The notes under the pieces: model-generated
What the model saw: only the letters and a program-made list of their open reading frames with translations
Told to the model about the DNA's origin: nothing
Database searches by the model: none
Source: a virus
DNA length: 64,000 nt
Virus record (IMG/VR): IMGVR_UViG_3300032223_002658
Span: 23,472 to 87,471 of that record
Reading direction: 5' to 3' (one strand)
Made by a program: the position numbers and the translations under genes
In this document: in pieces, positions 10,258-19,365 of the stretch
Numbering within the stretch: position 1 is the first letter of the stretch
How the letters are laid out: each line of letters begins with the position of its first letter

Positions 10258-11207
10258 TATCAATTCCATCTATAAAACCATTTGCTGTTCCATCGTCAAT
10301 GTCAGAAAGTGCGACATTCGGAACTAAAAAATCAACAGGAACTTTTGGTGGGTTAAGTAGCGCTTATATGACATCATCAACAGGTTATTTTAAAGTTGAA
10401 TGGTGGGATGGAACAAGCACGCAATATGGATCTGGAGATCCAAATACAACATATAATATTACTAAATCTGTAGTTGCTCCTTACAATACTTCATCAGAAA
10501 AACTTTTCACGATGTATCCAACTGACTCTTCTGGCAAAAGAAAAGGGTATTTTATAGCTATCTATTTTTCATCCTTAGGTAATTGTCCCGTTTCATCTTC
10601 TGATGTTACAAAATGCAGACGTTTAAATACTCTCACACTTGTTGGACCACTCACATCATATACTCACAATCCAAACTTACAATACTTAACAATATCAAAT
10701 AGCTCTTTAACATCTTTGTCATTTTCAAAGGATACAGTTTTAGACGGCCTTATATTTGTAAGTAATAGTTCTGCGACAAACGTAAATTTAGCGAATTGTC
10801 CAGTGCTTACAAGCGTAGATCTTTCAAGTAATTCATCACTAACATCAATTTCTAATATAACATCTTGCACATATCTTTATTCTTTCATATGCTCTGGAAG
10901 CACAGGAATAACATCACTTTCATTCTCTGGTTTAATGTATTTAGTATGGATAAATGTAAGTAGCTGTGCTCTTACTTCTATCAGAGCAGCAGGATGTAAT
11001 CTTTATTTGTTATCAAATAATACATATTCATCGTGGTTTGGTGGGGCTTGGTTGAGTGCAAATTCTTTAAATGCTGCAGCACTTAATCAATTTTACACAG
11101 ATATTGGCCCAGCAAATGGAATAATACGTGTTGATGGAAATCCTGGAACCACATCAGATACTCCAACAATAGCAACAGGAAAAGGTTATACTGTCCTAGG
11201 AACTTGA
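10254..11207 (+). CDS. LRR-like putative fibre tip/adhesin
   Basis: LTSLSFS, LTSVDLSSNSSLTSI, ITSLSFSGL repeats; ATGA-coupled to the fibre gene. Confidence 0.6.
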   Translation: MISIPSIKPFAVPSSMSESATFGTKKSTGTFGGLSSAYMTSSTGYFKVEWWDGTSTQYGSGDPNTTYNITKSVVAPYNTSSEKLFTMYPTDSSGKRKGYFIAIYFSSLGNCPVSSSDVTKCRRLNTLTLVGPLTSYTHNPNLQYLTISNSSLTSLSFSKDTVLDGLIFVSNSSATNVNLANCPVLTSVDLSSNSSLTSISNITSCTYLYSFICSGSTGITSLSFSGLMYLVWINVSSCALTSIRAAGCNLYLLSNNTYSSWFGGAWLSANSLNAAALNQFYTDIGPANGIIRVDGNPGTTSDTPTIATGKGYTVLGT

Positions 11208-11208
11208 A

Positions 11209-11859
11209 ATGCCATTATACTTCAAAACACCAAACTATAGCATAGCGTTTATACCAAAAGTAGGATGCTCGTCATTATCATTTGCTGTCATTAAATCTTT
11301 TCAATCATATGAATCAGATTTAATAGACAATGCTCATCTTCCAGATGGATCAACAGCAGAACAAATGATGTGGCAATGCTTAGTTGAACGAGAAAAATGG
11401 CCGTCAAAACAAATATTGGCTTTTGTCAGAGATCCAATAGAGCGATTCAAATCCGCAATGGCGCAAGTCAATCTTTCCGATGTAGATGGAACAATTAATT
11501 CAATACTAAATGATGAAAAAATAGAATGTGGAAAAAATGTTAAAAGGTTAATTTCTCTTAAGAATAATGGACATTTTAAACCGCAAATAATGTGGGTTGA
11601 TGAAACAACAAAGTTGTATCGATTTCCAGATCATATCAGCGAACTTTTTCAAGAGGCTGGAATGACGCAACAAATGCCATTAATAAATCAGAGTTCATTT
11701 CCAAAACCACAGTTAACATTTGAACAAATAATTAAGCTTCAGGACATTTATGCAGAAGATATAACTCTTTATAACTCAATAACATCTCCAGGAATAATAA
11801 CTGGAATGGTATCAGCAAATAGGCCTCAAAAACCAGAGGTCGTAATTGAAGAAGTGTGA
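11209..11859 (+). CDS. sulfotransferase family 2-like protein
   Basis: FIPKVGCSS (5'-PSB), AFVRDPIERFKSA (3'-PB), HFKPQ, IYAED. Confidence 0.75.
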   Translation: MPLYFKTPNYSIAFIPKVGCSSLSFAVIKSFQSYESDLIDNAHLPDGSTAEQMMWQCLVEREKWPSKQILAFVRDPIERFKSAMAQVNLSDVDGTINSILNDEKIECGKNVKRLISLKNNGHFKPQIMWVDETTKLYRFPDHISELFQEAGMTQQMPLINQSSFPKPQLTFEQIIKLQDIYAEDITLYNSITSPGIITGMVSANRPQKPEVVIEEV

Positions 11860-11880
11860 TTTTCGCCTGGATAAAACAAT

Positions 11881-11890
11881 GTGTATTAAT
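11881..11890 (+). promoter_or_regulatory. GTGTAT motif (putative late promoter)
   Basis: GTGTATTAAT 15 nt before ATG 11896. Confidence 0.6.
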
Positions 11891-11895
11891 TACAT

Positions 11896-12261
11896 ATGGC
11901 AGGATTATTCGATATCTTCAAAAACAAACTAAACCTTGCGGTTGCTCAAGGTACGATGGAAGATACACAAAAAAACATCGATAATCAGGAGCCTACAACT
12001 CCAGAGGAAGATTTATCAGACGGTATGAGTGAAGGTGTGAATGATGAAACCAGTTATAGTGGAATAGAACCAGGCGATATGGTTCAAAACACAAATACTG
12101 AATGTATGCATCATGGTAGCGAGGGGGTAGTTTTGAAAGTAGAATCACTACCAAATAACACAGGATACGTCATCCATTATCAAGTAACAAACAGTGGCCC
12201 AACTTATTCTCCGGGCGACATTTTAACAAAAACTGAAGATCAATTAGGTAAAATATCATGA
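11896..12261 (+). CDS. acidic protein with small beta-barrel (SH3/KOW-like) domain
   Basis: PGDMVQN..GSEGVVLKV..VIHYQV; paralog of the next gene. Confidence 0.65.
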   Translation: MAGLFDIFKNKLNLAVAQGTMEDTQKNIDNQEPTTPEEDLSDGMSEGVNDETSYSGIEPGDMVQNTNTECMHHGSEGVVLKVESLPNNTGYVIHYQVTNSGPTYSPGDILTKTEDQLGKIS

Positions 12262-12512
12262 CACCAGATAATTCATCGTACTCAAGTGGTTCATCAAACT
12301 CTTACAGCTCATCAGGCTTTGCAATTGGTGATACAGTAATAAACACAATGGATGGTTCACCAAATATCGGTACATGGGGGAAAGTTGTATCAGTAACTGG
12401 TACTGGTTCTAACACTGTAATCGGCTATATTGTTGGTAACTCAGAGTACCCATATCAAACAGGTTGGACTGTTTACGATCTTGCTACAAATCTTGAGCTT
12501 CATGATGCTTGA
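12258..12512 (+). CDS. small beta-barrel paralog
   Basis: IGDTVIN..GTWGKVVSV..VIGYIV. Confidence 0.6.
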   Translation: MTPDNSSYSSGSSNSYSSSGFAIGDTVINTMDGSPNIGTWGKVVSVTGTGSNTVIGYIVGNSEYPYQTGWTVYDLATNLELHDA

Positions 12513-12885
12513 AGATATAGATAAGATTTTTGCTGATGAACAAGCTATCGCCGTGACACATAACGGAAAGAGTGTTACTTTAAATAAACCACACAGAATT
12601 GGAAAAGGCGAGCCTGGATACGGAAAAAAGAAATTTGCTGTTTATGTAAAGAATGATAGTGGAAACGTTGTGCGTGTAACGTTTGGTGATCCAAACATGG
12701 AAATAAAGCGAGACAATCCGCAAAGACGAAAAAACTACAGATCTCGTCATGGATGCGATAAGCCGGGGCCAAAGTGGAAAGCCAACTATTGGTCTTGCAA
12801 AATGTGGGAAGCAAAGAAGTCTGTTACAGACTACACAAGCAGCCAGTTATTTGATGTTTTTTTAAAAGCTTTGAATAAAGACTAA
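12502..12885 (+). CDS. conserved basic phage protein
   Basis: KKFAVYVKN..VTFGDPNM..RRKNYRSRHGC..ANYWSCKMW, a motif set I recognise from large myophages; likely start 12502/12505. Confidence 0.75.
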   Translation: MMLEDIDKIFADEQAIAVTHNGKSVTLNKPHRIGKGEPGYGKKKFAVYVKNDSGNVVRVTFGDPNMEIKRDNPQRRKNYRSRHGCDKPGPKWKANYWSCKMWEAKKSVTDYTSSQLFDVFLKALNKD

Positions 12886-13679
12886 GCATTATTTTGGTTG
12901 TTGTCTGCTGGCTGGTTTTCTTTTAGCCATACGCCAAGAGCAATAATCATTGCAGCTATTACACCAGCTGGAACACCAATTGATGCTCCAATTCCAGTTA
13001 AATCAAGCGCCCCAGAACCTATGGCAAGAGCAGCGCCAATTGTTATTATTGATGCAGCGCCAAGACCAACAAGCCATCTCACAAGATTCTCATTTGCGCC
13101 ATTTGCCATAGCCCATACTCTAATTGCAGCATTTTGAGAGCCAGCTTTGAGATAAAGTGCAGCTATTGCTATTAGCCCATCTTTTGTTGTATTTTTCAAC
13201 ATTTGTTCAAGCTCATCAATAGTTAGACCTAAATTATCAGAAAGAGTTTTAAGAACTTTCTTTGTGTCTGGCAAATCAAGAAATTTTGCTCTGCAATCTT
13301 CATCAAGTTTACCGATTAAATCTTTGAAAATTTCAAGTAAAGCAATTCCTTGATCTTCTGATTTAACGGATTTAATTTTTTGTATATTCTTTGCTAAAAT
13401 TTCAAGGGCTTTTTTAGCACATAAATCAGATGGATCGCTTTTTGCTTTATTGATAAGATATTTAACAAGAACTATTGTTGCTGTTATAATAAGACTTGGT
13501 ACTAAAGAAAGTAGAATTTGCGGTATCCAAGAGTAATCGATTGGTACTTGCTCTTCTACATCTGTATTTTGTTGCCAATCGGTTTGTGACACATCTTTTT
13601 GTGATATATCCTGCAGTTTTGTTGGCTCAAGCTTTGCTTGTACAATGTGAATTAAAAGATGTTTTTCAAAATTATTCAT
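12882..13679 (-). CDS. membrane-active protein, paralog 3
   Basis: Likely start MNNFEKH (13679); TM segment, Cys pair, C-terminal Gly/Ala hydrophobic hairpin. Confidence 0.7.
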   Translation of the reverse strand: MNNFEKHLLIHIVQAKLEPTKLQDISQKDVSQTDWQQNTDVEEQVPIDYSWIPQILLSLVPSLIITATIVLVKYLINKAKSDPSDLCAKKALEILAKNIQKIKSVKSEDQGIALLEIFKDLIGKLDEDCRAKFLDLPDTKKVLKTLSDNLGLTIDELEQMLKNTTKDGLIAIAALYLKAGSQNAAIRVWAMANGANENLVRWLVGLGAASIITIGAALAIGSGALDLTGIGASIGVPAGVIAAMIIALGVWLKENQPADNNQNNA

Positions 13680-13683
13680 TTTA

Positions 13684-14544
13684 TTAACCAACAGGAATGT
13701 ATCCATTCTTGGCTAGCCATTGTAAAAGTTCACCAAGAGATTTAGCGGTTCTTACGGCACCCACTATAGCAGCAACAATTCCACCGATTCCAGTACCAAA
13801 ACCAACAATTAAAGCCCCAATTGCAAAAATTGCTTGTGCAGTATTTAGCAAAGCGTTTAGATCTTCAAAAAATTCTTTTTCTCTGGCTTCTAGTAAAATT
13901 GTTGCTGTTATATATATTCCGGCGTACTCTGCATTGGTAGAATCAAGAGCATTTAATCTTTTGTAAACAGCAACAAGAAGACCAAGACCGTCTGGATCAT
14001 AAGCAATGTTATCACCTAGCGCTTGACCAACCGCTTCAATAAAAGCTTTATCTTGCGCTTGTAATCTATCACCAAGTGCCCTTATTAGCTTTCTTCTAAA
14101 TTCTGGATCTGATCCATATTCTTTAAGACATGGAAAAAGATCAATTACACTCCCTATTTCTCTTGGTTGAAATAGTGATTCCATAGCAGCAATGGCCGCG
14201 GAAATAGATCTTGTCTTCCCTGAATTTTTTGCTTCTATAAGTGCTTCAGTTGCCTTAACTAATTGTCTTACGAAATCACGACCGCTTTTAGACTCTATTA
14301 CTTTTCTTATACATTCAATTTCTTTAGCTGCGCCAGCGCCAAATGCTCTTACAAAAGCAGCAAAAAAACCTAATATTGCCTGCTGATCCTGTGGTTCATT
14401 TGCATCATAGTTTAGTTTTGGTTGAACTTTAGTGTCTTCTTGAACTGGAACTGGAACACCTTCTAAATCTGTCATATGCATTGGTTGTAAAGAAGTTTTT
14501 GCTTTAAGTATATGCCGCAATATTATGATGTTTTTGTTATTCAT
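13684..14544 (-). CDS. membrane-active protein, paralog 2
   Basis: Same layout; AIGALIVGFGTGIGGIVAAIVGAV. Confidence 0.7.
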   Translation of the reverse strand: MNNKNIIILRHILKAKTSLQPMHMTDLEGVPVPVQEDTKVQPKLNYDANEPQDQQAILGFFAAFVRAFGAGAAKEIECIRKVIESKSGRDFVRQLVKATEALIEAKNSGKTRSISAAIAAMESLFQPREIGSVIDLFPCLKEYGSDPEFRRKLIRALGDRLQAQDKAFIEAVGQALGDNIAYDPDGLGLLVAVYKRLNALDSTNAEYAGIYITATILLEAREKEFFEDLNALLNTAQAIFAIGALIVGFGTGIGGIVAAIVGAVRTAKSLGELLQWLAKNGYIPVG

Positions 14545-15497
14545 TGTGGAACCAATTGAACGTTTGGGAAAAGTTTTTGAAGAGCTTGTATGACAGCGGC
14601 CAATGTTCCTGCTGCTGCTTCACCAGCTAAGCCTATAGCTGTTATTGCTGAAGTCAATGCGGATATTGCCGCACTTATTGCTGTGGCTGCGCCTGCAGCT
14701 ACACCGCCAACGACAGCTATGGCAGCAATCGCTATTGCAATTGCTCCACTTAAAGCAACCATTTGTGTGTCTGACATTCCTGAAAGAGCATCAACAGACT
14801 GATCTTTTATATATTCAACAATTATTTTTGCTGCAGCAGATGGATCTGTATATAATACATTTTTTGCCATTTCAATCAGAATGTCACTGAATGATAAAGA
14901 CTGACTTGATTCCATGAGTGCGTCTATTGAATTTAAAATTCCTTCACTAACAAAGGTGTTAGGAAGATTAAAGGCATTTCCAAATTGAGCGACAAATAAA
15001 CCGGCCATCAATGCCATAGCCGCTTTTTTAATACAGGCCATATGTGACTCAGGAATTTGAAAAGGATATTTTTGAACTACTTTCTTTTTCAATTCAAGAT
15101 TATAAGTAATATCTTTTATGCTATTTATTCCTGTGGAAGTATCGGTTGGCGTTACTGGTTTAAACCAAGAAATTATTTCTTTAAAAAAATCTTTTACTTT
15201 TTCAAGAATGGTTATATCTAGAGTATTTAGGCATGGAATTTTTGTTTTTAACCATTTAAGAATAACGGTTAATGTAGTGCCTCCCACAACAGTTATACCA
15301 ATATCAAGTATAATTTGAGAGAACCATTCAGCGGGATCTTTAATTTTATCTAGAGTTCTTTCAACAATCCCAGGCTTATTTTCAGATATTGATGGATTTG
15401 TTTGTAAATAATTCAATTCAGCATCTTTTAATGCTATAGCATTCATTGTTTTTATGAATACTCTATCCTGATATCTTACTTCATGCATATACCGCAT
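14541..15497 (-). CDS. membrane-active protein, paralog 1
   Basis: Same layout; roughly 55-aa Ala/Ile/Gly tail; GTGTAT motif at 15506-15511. Confidence 0.7.
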   Translation of the reverse strand: MRYMHEVRYQDRVFIKTMNAIALKDAELNYLQTNPSISENKPGIVERTLDKIKDPAEWFSQIILDIGITVVGGTTLTVILKWLKTKIPCLNTLDITILEKVKDFFKEIISWFKPVTPTDTSTGINSIKDITYNLELKKKVVQKYPFQIPESHMACIKKAAMALMAGLFVAQFGNAFNLPNTFVSEGILNSIDALMESSQSLSFSDILIEMAKNVLYTDPSAAAKIIVEYIKDQSVDALSGMSDTQMVALSGAIAIAIAAIAVVGGVAAGAATAISAAISALTSAITAIGLAGEAAAGTLAAVIQALQKLFPNVQLVPQ

Positions 15498-15510
15498 AAT
15501 TTATAATACA

Positions 15511-15741
15511 CTAATCTTGTAGCACAAATAACTTCTTTTTATAGTGCGCATGCTTTGCATACTTGAGTATATCTATTAAAGCATCAATATCACTTATGGT
15601 AAATATTGATACGGTGTTTTTATCTTGAACTATTTCTATAGCGTGTTCTTTTTCAATGATTGAAATAGTTTTTAGTTGATGAACAGCCATTTCTTTGCCA
15701 TGATGCTGATTTTTTTGTTCACTCGTCTTTTTCATCGTCAA
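15511..15741 (-). CDS. hypothetical protein
   Basis: ORF in gene-dense context; start uncertain. Confidence 0.5.
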   Translation of the reverse strand: MTMKKTSEQKNQHHGKEMAVHQLKTISIIEKEHAIEIVQDKNTVSIFTISDIDALIDILKYAKHAHYKKKLFVLQD

Positions 15742-15910
15742 GGTAGTTTATCTCTATGCCCTCTACCTTTGTATATGTTTTTGCGTAATCAATAGATCTA
15801 TTCCACAAATCTCTATCTATTTCCTTGACGTACTCAGCAAATTTTAAACCAAATATAATCATGGCTTTTGCTAAGCGAGGGTCCATGTCTCTGATATCAA
15901 TATCTTCCAT
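15719..15910 (-). CDS. hypothetical protein
   Basis: AAGGAG Shine-Dalgarno before ATG 15910. Confidence 0.6.
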   Translation of the reverse strand: MEDIDIRDMDPRLAKAMIIFGLKFAEYVKEIDRDLWNRSIDYAKTYTKVEGIEINYLDDEKDE

Positions 15911-15920
15911 AACACTCCTT

Positions 15921-16005
15921 AAAAAGCCCACCATGACATTTAAGACATGATGGGCAACTACGCGTAACTCAGACGGGCCTAAGATGCCCGAATAGCGTAA
16001 TCACC
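15921..16005 (-). ncRNA. candidate structured small RNA or attenuator leader ending in an intrinsic terminator
   Basis: GTGTAT at 16011-16016; stems GATTACGC/GCGTAGTT enclosing CGGGC/GCCCG, then GCCCATCATG/CATGGTGGGC plus T5. Confidence 0.55.
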
Positions 16006-16017
16006 AATATATACACT

Positions 16018-17904
16018 TTAATCATAGTAAGAGAAAGAAAACTCCCCAAACTCAATTTCTTTCAGTCCTTTGTTGACCATTTGTGAGATTTGAAATACTT
16101 TTTCCAGGGCGCTAACCCCAAGAATATCAAACTTAACACCGCCTAAATACTCAATATCCGCCCCTTCAACATCAATAATCATGCTGTCTAGTTTTTCTGA
16201 ATAAGTCATTGGAAATAAATTGCTTAAAGGTTGATCTGCAATAATAATGCCTGCAGCGTGAACGCTTTCATTTTTAGCTATTGATTCCATTTTGATGGCA
16301 AAATCAAAAGCTTCTTTAAACTGTTCGTAGTATTCAGCCACAGATTTAATGTGGTCAATATTCCACCTTATGATGCCATAAGAAGGATCATCTTTTTGCA
16401 TTTCGCTCAAATCGTCAGCAATTTTTGCTTCTTCTGCAAATTTCTTTGTGATCTGATTTGATGCATCAAAATAATTATCAGTAGGCTTCAACAATTTAAA
16501 TACTTCTTTGATTGCACCCTTGCCTTTGAATCTTGAATGTGTAATGATGTGGCCAACACAGTCAGTGCCATATTTGTTCTTTATATATTCTATAAGCTCT
16601 TCTCTAAATGTTGGCGGAACATCTGTGTCAATATCTGGAAGCGAAACGTTGTCTTTTGTGTTTCTTCCTTCATTATAAAATCTTTCAAACGGCAATTCTC
16701 TTTGTGGATCATATCCAAGCGTTGGATCTGGTCTCATTGGGTCAACAGAAGAAATTCCGAGTAGATATGAAATCATGCAACCAGAAGAAGATCCTCTGAT
16801 ATCTGCTGGAATACCAGATGCACGAACGTGATTAATTATATCATATACGATCAAAAAATATCCAGACATGTTTGCCTGTTTAAATACGCCAAGCTCATGC
16901 TGAATTCTTTTAATATAAGCGTCTTTAAGAGAAGCATCGGTCTTTAGATCGTTTATAAGACCCGTTGTTTTGAATCCCTTTCGGCACAACTCTTTCAAAT
17001 GCTCATGTGCATCATCGATTTTGTGATCTGAAATCTTAAAGACAGGAAGTATTGGCCTTTCTTGAATCGAATAATCCTCAATCAAATCCAATATTTTAAG
17101 AGTTTTTTCACCATCTGGAATACTCTTCATCAAATGACAATTCGCATATTTAACATCAAATATTCTTGAGTCATCAAGCCCCTTGCAGCAATCAGCAGAA
17201 GACTCTTCTTTTGACTGAGTGATGAGTTGATGCAAATAATAATCATCTTTATTCAAATAGTGAACATTTACAGATGGGATAGATTCTTGAAATTCTTTCT
17301 TTATCATTTTGCCAAGAGCCACACAGCATGGTAGAAAAGACAGATCATAATACAAAAACGTATGCTCATATATTTTTGAATAGTTTGAAATTACCTTTTT
17401 AACACAATCCTTCCAATCTTCACGAATTAAAGATTCGCAGTCTTCGACCGAATTTGATTCGTAAGCCATTTCTGGATTTATGTAAGCAGAAAAGTATACT
17501 TGACTTCTTAGATCGCCAACAAGACAGATGAGACCACCTTTGTGCGAATATAAATCATCCATTTGTGTTCTTGGCATTCCATTAAACGAAAGAGCTTCTT
17601 TTGTGCGCGCCAATGAAACTAATTTGACGATATTTTTATATCCTGTTTTATTTTTTGCAAGTAGAGTTATTCTTCCAGAAAATACGTCTCCGTTGTATAC
17701 ATCAAGTTCAACACCAATTATTGGTTTTATTCCAGCGTCTTTACATTCCTTGAAAAATGGCACTACACCTTTTATGTTGTTATGATCAGTCATGCATATA
17801 GCTGGAATGCCATATTCTTTAGCTTTTGGAACTATGGTTTCAATTGTTGCAGTACTGTCAAGAAGTGACCAAGATGTATGAACGTGAATAGGAATATAAC
17901 TCAT
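16018..17904 (-). CDS. dnaE: DNA polymerase III alpha, N-terminal half (PHP, palm, thumb)
   Basis: HVHTSWSLLD, TDHNN, RGSSSG, FERFYN, PDIDTD, HAAGIII, KFDILG. Confidence 0.95.
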   Translation of the reverse strand: MSYIPIHVHTSWSLLDSTATIETIVPKAKEYGIPAICMTDHNNIKGVVPFFKECKDAGIKPIIGVELDVYNGDVFSGRITLLAKNKTGYKNIVKLVSLARTKEALSFNGMPRTQMDDLYSHKGGLICLVGDLRSQVYFSAYINPEMAYESNSVEDCESLIREDWKDCVKKVISNYSKIYEHTFLYYDLSFLPCCVALGKMIKKEFQESIPSVNVHYLNKDDYYLHQLITQSKEESSADCCKGLDDSRIFDVKYANCHLMKSIPDGEKTLKILDLIEDYSIQERPILPVFKISDHKIDDAHEHLKELCRKGFKTTGLINDLKTDASLKDAYIKRIQHELGVFKQANMSGYFLIVYDIINHVRASGIPADIRGSSSGCMISYLLGISSVDPMRPDPTLGYDPQRELPFERFYNEGRNTKDNVSLPDIDTDVPPTFREELIEYIKNKYGTDCVGHIITHSRFKGKGAIKEVFKLLKPTDNYFDASNQITKKFAEEAKIADDLSEMQKDDPSYGIIRWNIDHIKSVAEYYEQFKEAFDFAIKMESIAKNESVHAAGIIIADQPLSNLFPMTYSEKLDSMIIDVEGADIEYLGGVKFDILGVSALEKVFQISQMVNKGLKEIEFGEFSFSYYD

Positions 17905-18932
17905 TTTGTGTCCTTAAATACATTTCTTCTGTTTGAGGTAGACGCTATTTTTTCTTCCAGCTTCTCAGATTTTATCTTGTCTATTGTCAGTATTGTTTTA
18001 TCTATTCCGTGAGCCAGATTATAGTTATAGACATTTTCACAAATGCTGCAACCATTTTGAGTTTTTGTTTTTCCAAAATGACAGGTAGATTTACATTTCC
18101 ATGACTGAGATGGCTCTACTTCTTTTATTCTTGAAGGAAGATTATTTCCCTTGATGGTATTGAAGTATTTTTTGATTATTTCAAGTGTCTCAGCTCTTTG
18201 GGCATCGTCAAAACAAACGGTGAATGGGCCACCATCATTAACAAAATGAATTGTCAAAAGTCTATTTTTATACTGTGGGAACAGCATATATGTCGCTAAA
18301 TCATACATGCGTAGCTGTATATCATTAGACGCAAAATAATCATAATCTTTTAATTCACCAGTCTCCCATGATTTTCTTGACCCCGTTTTCCAATCTATTA
18401 TCTCCAGCGTTTCATCTGATACTTTTGTGATTAAATCTATCGTTCCGCGAATTTCATAATTTCCAGATGTTGTTTTTTTTGAAAGTACGTCGTAATATTC
18501 AAATGTAAAACCAGGCATCGTCAATGGGATCCTAAATTGCTTTTCAGTGTGCAAAACATTTAGTTTTGTTGGATTGTAACTTGAATTAATGATTTTTTCT
18601 ATTGATAAAATACAGAACTTTTTATCTGCTTTTTCATTTAGATCTATTTTGCCAGCGTTTTCTTTTTTGTATCGATCCCAACAAATTTCAAAAAGCTTTT
18701 TGTGATCAGTGAATAGGTCATCTTTGTGGCCAAGTTTATTTGCTTTTGCCATTATTTCAAGAACATGGTGAACAATAGTTCCAAGAAGAGCTTTTTTTCC
18801 AGATCCACTTGGTATTTGCAATATTGATTCAAGAAAAAATTGAAATTGACAACCCTCGTATGTCTTTATTGATGACGCTCGCAAGTACTGTATGTTCATT
18901 TTATGTCCTAATCGGGCTATCGCTCTTATCAA
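17901..18932 (-). CDS. PD-(D/E)XK RecB/Cas4-like exonuclease
   Basis: SSIKTYEGC, GTIVHHVLE, RGTIDLI..IIDWKTG, QLRMY, C-terminal Cys cluster; probable start at MNIQYL. Confidence 0.85.
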   Translation of the reverse strand: MIRAIARLGHKMNIQYLRASSIKTYEGCQFQFFLESILQIPSGSGKKALLGTIVHHVLEIMAKANKLGHKDDLFTDHKKLFEICWDRYKKENAGKIDLNEKADKKFCILSIEKIINSSYNPTKLNVLHTEKQFRIPLTMPGFTFEYYDVLSKKTTSGNYEIRGTIDLITKVSDETLEIIDWKTGSRKSWETGELKDYDYFASNDIQLRMYDLATYMLFPQYKNRLLTIHFVNDGGPFTVCFDDAQRAETLEIIKKYFNTIKGNNLPSRIKEVEPSQSWKCKSTCHFGKTKTQNGCSICENVYNYNLAHGIDKTILTIDKIKSEKLEEKIASTSNRRNVFKDTK

Positions 18933-19365
18933 ATTTTAGCATTTTAACATCAATGCTATTTAGATCCTTGATGTTTCTATTTAGAATCATCACTGCATCA
19001 GCTGTTTTTTCTATGAAATCCTGCGTTGTTTTAATTTTTTTTGGCGAATATCCACCCTTGTTTTTTATGAATTTATTTTTTGAAAGACGAAGTATGTCTT
19101 TATAAATTTTCTGTATCTGAGGTGGCCAACGGTCTTCTATTTTTTCAAATGGCAGATATACAATATATGGTATTTCATTTTCATGACAAGCATATATAAA
19201 GTCTATTTCAAATCCCATAGAGGCTCTTGAAATGCAAATTGAATCATCGTCATTAACATTGCTCAAGTGTGCAGCAATTCTATTCCTAATTGCAATCCTC
19301 ATTGGATCATTAAGATCATATGCTCCATTTATATTAACTGCATCAGCTCGTACTCCTATTATCAT
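18901..19365 (-). CDS. divergent SLOG (YspA-like) protein
   Basis: ISRASMGFEID..IPYIVYLPF..RWP pattern. Confidence 0.55.
   Translation of the reverse strand: MIIGVRADAVNINGAYDLNDPMRIAIRNRIAAHLSNVNDDDSICISRASMGFEIDFIYACHENEIPYIVYLPFEKIEDRWPPQIQKIYKDILRLSKNKFIKNKGGYSPKKIKTTQDFIEKTADAVMILNRNIKDLNSIDVKMLKFDKSDSPIRT

Noticed and set aside
8677-11207. Diversity-generating retroelement acting on the fibre
   Set aside because: No reverse transcriptase and no template/variable repeat pair visible in the window
15956-16002. Hammerhead ribozyme
   Set aside because: CUGAGUUA lacks the CUGANGA plus GAAA core
4051-17904. Split intein or intron joining the dnaE halves
   Set aside because: No Cys/Ser-start or His-Asn intein ends, no extra residues to hold an intein, and no intron core seen; the gap contains ordinary genes on both strands
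17901-18932. Cas4 as part of a CRISPR-Cas locus
   Set aside because: No repeat-spacer array or other cas genes seen; the context is replication and recombination
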